Assembly: GCA_012295275.1 (NCBI GenBank)
Contig: CM022675.1
Span: 6,200,001 to 6,264,000 of the forward strand
Direction of reading: 5' to 3'
DNA length: 64,000 bases
Source of the DNA: Chrysomallon squamiferum
Lineage: Eukaryota > Animalia > Mollusca
In this document: one piece after another, positions 43,043 through 64,000 of the stretch
Numbering within the stretch: the first letter of the stretch is position 1
Layout: every line of letters starts with the position of its first letter
Notes under the pieces: generated by a model
Database searches by the model: none
The model's input: only the letters and a program-made list of their open reading frames with translations
Told to the model about the DNA's origin: nothing
Position numbers and translations under genes: made by a program

Positions 43043-43707
43043 TCTATCTGTCTATCTATCTATCTATCTGTATCTGTCTGTCTGTCTGTCTGTCCTGTCT
43101 GTCCATCTGTCTGTCTGCCTGTCTGTCTATCTGTCTCTACACACACCTGTCTACCCCACATCTAACATTCGATGTATCTATTTATCTATCTATGTCTATC
43201 CACCAGTCTATTACCTATTTACCTATCTACACACACATATCACACACACACACATACACACACACACACAAATTGATCCATCTGTCTTTCTTTAGCCTGT
43301 CTGTCTATCTATCTCTACCGGTCTCGATCGATTGGTTTTTTTTTTTTCCGGGGGTTATCTCCCTTAGATCTTGCACTGTTGAAGCGGACAGTTACACCGA
43401 TCTGGGTTTTGTTTTCTCAAGAATAAATAATTTTATTTGTACGGCAGCTTTGTGAGATATTTCTAATGATGGCGTCGCACAGTGAATGCAGGGAGTGTAG
43501 TCAGATCACAAAAGCCAGATGGGTATTGATGTGATGGATGTGAATACAAATTGTAAACATATTAAGAATATATTTCCTATGTCCTTGTGATTAGAGGACA
43601 CATGCAATGTAGGGACACTTTTGTTCGGCTCCACGGGCATCCATACAAGACAGTTACCATATATATACATACATACATACATACATACATACATACATAC
43701 ATACAAA

Positions 43708-43761
43708 CAGGGCCAGCATTCTTGGAAAAATCATGAATTCCAGCTGTTCGTCTGTACGTAC
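43708..43761 (-). pseudogene. 54-bp duplicated fragment of hexosaminidase exon 7
   Basis: Matches 47751-47804 at 53 of 54 nt; lies between (TACA)n and (TG)n. Confidence 0.9.
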
Positions 43762-43762
43762 A

Positions 43763-43814
<52 letters not shown>

Positions 43815-44240
43815 TTGTTCACAGATATAAAGGAAAATGTATAAATAAAATATCTTTCTGCAGTTCGGAAAGAGTAATACAAAAGGTACATATATGTGTG
43901 TGTGTGTGTGGGTGTGGGTGTGGGTGTGGGTGGGTGTGTGTGGGTGGGTGTGTGTGGGTGTGTTGATGTGTGGGTGTTTTGTTCACAGATATAAGGGAAA
44001 ATGGGCAGTTCGGAAAAGAGTGGGTGGGTGGGTGGGTGTGGGTGTGGGTGTGTGTGTGTGGGTGTGTGTGTGGGTGTGAGTGTGGGTGGGTGGGTGTGGG
44101 TGTGTGTGTGTGTGTGTGTGTGTGTGGGGTGGGTGGGTGTGTGTGTGTGTGTTGATGTGTGTGTGTTTTGTTCACAGATATAAGGGAAAATGTATAAATA
44201 AAATATCTTGCTGCAGTTCGGAAAGAGTAACACAAAAGGT
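43762..44240. repeat. Three copies of a ~70-bp unit separated by GT/GGGT microsatellite
   Basis: TTGTTCACAGATATAA(A/G)GGAAAATG...GCAGTTCGGAAAGAGT at ~43816, ~43979 (shortened) and ~44168. Confidence 0.88.
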
Positions 44241-44573
44241 CCTGCTATGTATTATCTTAGCATTAAAAAAAACTGTGAAATGTAACGTGTGTTGATATTG
44301 AATTATGTTGTAGTGTGGATAAACAGATAGTTGTCTATTGTTTTAATTCGATAAGTGATTCAGCAAATACAAAGTTGATTGTAGGAAGCATCATATAAAC
44401 ATACAATTTTAGAAAAAGAAGTCAATTATTTTTTATTTCCTGAGCAAAGAGTGAAATATATAGTAATAAAATATGCAGTATTATAAATTATAAACAGATA
44501 TAACAGATGTATATAATGGTGGATATATATAATATATCAGTGATATTTTCAAACAGAGATATTAAGAACATAG

Positions 44574-44623
<50 letters not shown>

Positions 44624-44943
44624 TGTGTGTATATATAGATATATATATATATATCAAAGTAAGCAAATAAATTAATTAATTAATTAATTAATAAAAACAC
44701 TTTTGTTTATCGTTGTCATAAAATATGTACAATAAGCAATGTATAAATAGCTTTATTTAAAACAATTATAAAACAGCGCTAAACAAATACTTAGATGTAA
44801 ATATAACTTTCGTGCAATAAGCTTCTTATTATTATCCTAACAACATTTCTCACGTAATTCTCTTCTTTGTTTTGGTTTACGCGATAACGTACTTTGAAAT
44901 TACACATGATTAGATAGATGAGATATACGTAAAGAAACAAATA

Positions 44944-58853
<13,910 letters not shown>

Positions 58854-59521
58854 CTTGTTTGTTTTTGTGTTTGCGAGTCAAGCAGAAGGTTAAAACTGAC
58901 GTCGAGTCTCGCTTTGCCGTCGTTGTTGTCTCGGTTTGCCGTCGTTGTTGTCTCGGTCAGGGTGTGGACTGACACACACGACAACAACGTCTTCCTGGGT
59001 CACATCGTCTTTCCTAGTAAACCAAAAATAAAAATGACTCGACTTAGATTTTTTTTTTTTTTTTTTTTTTTTCGTTTACTGTGTGTACGTGCTTTTGAGT
59101 GTGTGTAACTGTTTGTGTGTTTGTATATAAGTATGTGTGTATGCATGAATGTATATATGTATGTATGCATGTATGTATGCATATGTGTAGGTATGTATGT
59201 ATGTCTATATTTTTGTAAGCCTGCATATATGTGTGTACATATATACATTTGTACGTATGTATTCATATATATCCCTCTGTGTATGTTTATGTACGTATGT
59301 TTGAAAAATGTATGTGCGTATGTATGTCTGTACGAATATTTGTAGTGTATGTTTCACTATGTATGTTTATACATAAAGAGGAACACAACACGCACGCACG
59401 CACCCATACGTACACACGTACACGCATACGTACGCACATACAAATAATCAAACGAACGGATAGACAGATACATTAGTCAATGAAATAATTACAGATTAAA
59501 AAAAAAGACTGTCGTAAACAT

Positions 59522-59590
59522 TTCTAGGCGATTTGAATCCGTGACCCTTCACTTACTGAATCCCGTTCTCAAACAACTTCAGCCTTGCGC
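59522..59590 (-). mobile_element. Possible degenerate tRNA-derived SINE head
   Basis: Minus strand GGCTGAAGTTG (A-box-like) ... GGATTCAAATC (B-box-like) at tRNA-like spacing; no complete cloverleaf. Confidence 0.3.
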
Positions 59591-59857
59591 TGTGTCGTCA
59601 ATTTGCGGGTTGGCAGGAGTAACCCCTAATGCAACAGAACGCTTTAATCTGTTAATGAATGCGTGTTTGAACCTGCGAGTGTGAAAAGCTTCTACAAGCC
59701 GGCGGTAAACAAGTTATGGAAACCACGCGTCTGCCGACTGGTGGCAAATAATCTGATATTCACAGCGATAACAACAATGAGAAGAACAACAGTTGCTTTT
59801 CGTCACTGAAATTCGAGGAAAACAACACATGTCGTATTTTGAAGATTCACATATCTT

Positions 59858-59892
<35 letters not shown>

Positions 59893-61569
59893 TATTATTC
59901 TTTTATATAACATTTTTCGTTTTCGGTTTTTGTTCCAGTTCATTATTATATTTATTATTTCCTTCCTTCTATTGTACATACGCGCTGTGTCTAATTTGCA
60001 TTTTTTTTATTTTTTTTTATTTACGGTTATTTACATGCACAATGTCTCACTTTTTTCTTCCTTTTAATATCATTTTTTTTTTTTTCTGTTTGTGTCTTTA
60101 TTTAGAAAGAAGATGACGTTGAAGACAGAAAAAAAAGAAGAAAAAAGAAAGAGGAACATCGCTATATATGTCCGTTACTGGTATTGAGTATAATAAAATA
60201 ACTGGTTAAAATAAACCTTATAACAGCACTTTCTGGTCTTCACTGAAAAACAAATAACATTAGAGTAAACGAAATGAACTTTTATATGTAATAAAATATA
60301 GTTATAATTAAGTTACGTTTATAACCAGGTTCAAAGAAAGGCACGTTAAGTCTCGAATTGCTATTGCATGTATGTGTCTGTGTGTATGTAGGTAAATGCG
60401 TTGACTGTGGGATGGATGATTTGTGCATTTTTCTTTTTCTAATTCTTTTTAAATAAAATTTAAGTCATTTGTATTTAATTTATCTATTATGAAATACACA
60501 GAAAATATTTATTTGTTGTTTTACTTTGTTGTTTTATTTGTGTGTTTATTTTTATTTTTTTATTTTTATTTTTATTTTTATTTTTTTTTGTTATTGCTGA
60601 TTTCTTGGTCTTTTTAAATAGCAAATTTAGTTTCAGCTGTCATCTTCAAAATATATATTTTCATTTAGTGCCAGCTAGAAAAGTTATGAAAAAAAGAAAT
60701 CGAAAACTGAAAAATACAACACATGCAAAGAAAGAAGGGGAAAAAAAATGAAAATGAAAAGATAAATACTAAAAGAGAAGACAGAAAGAAAGAAAGAAAG
60801 AAAGAAAACAAAGAAGGAAATGAAATAATGAATAAATAATGAATTAATGAATGAATAACTGAACGTCCTACATTTTCCTTGGAAGGGGTCACAGACAAAA
60901 AAATGAAAAACAACATGTCTGTCGATTCAGTTCACCTTTCTAACAGAAATGTTTGTACTTTGGTTTCTTTTCTCCTGAAAACAAGCTTAGAAGCCAAACC
61001 TGTCGATCTTTCTTCTTCCTCTCTCTCTCTTTTTTTTTTCCCCTACAAATCTTTTACAAAGATTTCTGTACATTTCTCAAATCATTAGTCCAAATAGAGG
61101 TATATGTCAAAATAGACTAATGGAAGTATCGGAATAAACAAAGATTTTCTAAAAACGTACTAATTTGTTGTTTTTTTTTTTTTTTCTTCGGCTTCGCGTC
61201 TTATTTCGTCTGCTGTATGGAACTGTTGTGCATTTTCTGGGTAAGTCATCTAAAAGTGCACTGAGAGGTCGTTTTAACAACTCACTTTCTTGATGACGAG
61301 ACACTGTGATGCTTCTGTTTAATGACCTTTCACCTAAGTGTCCTTAGCGAATCAATGAAGAGATATTAAAAATGTTTAATCATTTCAAAACTTGACCATT
61401 TGCTTGATTGCGATATTTGAAACCTGTCTTGAGTCGTTTTCATGTGCTGCGATTAATAATAATAATGATGATGATGATGATGATGGTGATAGTAATAATA
61501 AAAATGATAATAATAATGAAGATGATGATGATGATGATGGTAATGATAATAATAATGATTATGATGACT

Positions 61570-61657
<88 letters not shown>

Positions 61658-62059
61658 ATCAACAGCAACAACAATAGTTAAAGAAACAGTAGTAGTAGCA
61701 GTAATATTACTACCATCGTCATCACAATCAATATAAATAATGTCTTATGTCAAACATCAAATCAAAACGCTCCGAAGATTAAGAAGCTCTGTGTTTCTAA
61801 CTGAAATGTTTTTTTCTTAAATGAGAGCCAAAAGCTTCTCTTTTAATCAGAATAATTTCCTGCGAGTCAAACGCAAATAATAAATTCGTGTTGGGTGGCT
61901 TAGACAGCGATATCTCTGTACAATAATTTAATGTTTGTGTTTCCTGAAACCGGAAATTATTGCAGTGAAAAATGTGAGAATCAAAACAAATTCAGCTAGA
62001 CCGGTTGATACACCTGTTTATTAATGTTACTTGCTAAGAAGACGAAAAAGAAAAGATAC

Positions 62060-62470
62060 AGCAACAACAAAAACAACAACAACAGTAACAGTAACAATAA
62101 TACTAATACTAAAAGTAATAATAATAACAAGTACTACTACTACTACTACTACTACAAGAAGAAGAACAAGAAGAACAAGAACAAGAGGAACAAGAAGAAC
62201 AATAACAAGAACAAGAAGAAGAACAAGAAGAACAAGAAGAAGAACAAAAAGAAGAACAAGAACAAGAAGAACAAGAAGAAGAACAAAAACAAGAACAAGA
62301 AGAACAAGAAGAAGAACAAGAAGAACAAAAACAAGAACAAGAAGAACAAGAAGAACAAAAAGAAGAACAAGAAGAACAACAACAAGAACAAGAAGAACAA
62401 GAAGAACAAAAAAAGAACAAGAACAAGAAGAACAAGAACAAGAAGAATAAGGAGAAGATGGAGAAGAATG
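62060..62470. repeat. Compound (AAG/AAC)n microsatellite
   Basis: AAGAACAAG repeats; the ORFs here are low-complexity artefacts. Confidence 0.92.
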
Positions 62471-63119
62471 AAAATAACGGAAATAAAATCAATAATTTGT
62501 CATTATATCTCCTGACTGTATTTTTGTAACAAACAGACACTGGAAAAAGTAGGTTCGAAAAATTCACAAAAACACTGAAACAACGAAGATGATTTTTAGC
62601 TTCTTTTTTTTTTTTATTCAGCGAACCCAAATTTCATTCGCATGATCGGCCTAACAGCTGTTGATTGCGTTTTAAATGTGTTAGTCGTATAACTTTGAAG
62701 TCATTAGCCACAGTTCAACTAACGACTGCTGAATGCAATTCTCTTCTCCATTAGTAACATCTCTTTTAGAAATCTGCTGCCGTTGAAAATATGTCACGTA
62801 GACGTCAGGTACTGTCACGACATCGTTAAATTCAGCTTAAGTTGAAATGTCAGTGGTGTGTGTGTGTGTTTGTTTGTTAATGTGAGTTCAATCATTAACA
62901 GATCATCAGCGACTGCGGAAATCACTGATGGTTTGGTTAAATAAATATCACAAGAAAAAACGTATGTATATATATACAGAGAGATAAATTGATAGATTCA
63001 CAGATATTTAGCTAGAGAAAGTGAAAGAGGGAGAAAGAGGGAGTGAGAGAGACACAGAGAGAGAGAGAGAGAAATTGATAGATACACAGATATTTAGCTA
63101 GAGAAAGTGAAAGAGTGAT

Positions 63120-63463
<344 letters not shown>

Positions 63464-63952
63464 GTCAGCAAAAACTCTCAAACAGAAAGGTGAAGTTACA
63501 GATTGCACTCGCTCGCTTCAGTCGAATCTGTCTATAATTGTTAACGCGACGCACTATTCAATTTGTTAATCTTTTCATTATTTTTCTTTTCATCAGCGAT
63601 TCTGTTCAGTGTCTGGATCATAACCTGCACTTGATTAGTTAACCTCGAACCCTGTAGAAATATTTATAAACAATTTTAATTCACTTTCTGCAGACACGAG
63701 TAATGACTTTCCAAGATTAGTTATGACAATATAATTGCTGTGTTTGATACAGTCGATGGCAGAGGAGACAATTCGCTTGTGTTATCTTCAGCCGTCGTAA
63801 ACTGAAAGAGCTGAAGTTGATGGTATTAATAACTACAATAACAACAACAGAAATAGCAACTACTACAACAAAAACAAAAACAACAACAACAACAAAGCAA
63901 CATAAACACCACCACCAACAACGCCACCAAAACCAACAACCGAAGCAGCAGC

Positions 63953-63988
<36 letters not shown>

Positions 63989-64000
63989 AATAATAATAAA

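Noticed and set aside
43506-43620. SSNHKDIGNIFLI resembles the COX1 N-terminus (possible NUMT)
   Set aside because: Similarity stops after about 10 residues and nothing like FGxWxGxxGT follows; probably chance or an unrelated repeat.
43762-44240. Repeat-spacer-like layout
   Set aside because: The spacers are GT microsatellite and there are only three units.
62024-62630. Lys/Asn-, Arg/Thr- and Cys/Ser-rich ORFs (metallothionein- or protamine-like)
   Set aside because: All frames are open because of the AAG/AAC microsatellite; no gene structure.

Overview
AT-rich, microsatellite-dense animal genomic DNA with GT-AG introns; the gene content suggests a mollusc or other lophotrochozoan (inference). 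All genes are on the minus strand. (1) The first seven exons of a leishmanolysin/invadolysin-like metallopeptidase (LMLN, HEILH motif) run off the left edge. (2) A ~17 kb array of intronless class A GPCRs has 3 intact copies, 1 frameshifted copy, 2 truncated copies and an orphan 3' flank, built from tandem and inverted duplications. (3) A gene with 17 coding exons encodes a ~1538-aa single-pass protein: signal peptide, FAMeT-like domain, ~6-7 cadherin repeats, Ser/Thr stalk, SEA-like domain, TM and long tail. (4) A 9-exon, ~903-aa chitobiase-type GH20 beta-hexosaminidase has its catalytic Asp replaced by Ala and a GPI-like C-terminus. There are also a Tigger/pogo relic, a MITE with a 4-bp TSD, dispersed repeats and minisatellites, one made of repeated copies of a splice donor. 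Most ORF-track entries are microsatellite artefacts. Exon models were assembled by hand from splice sites and phase; domain names come from motif recognition, not database searches.
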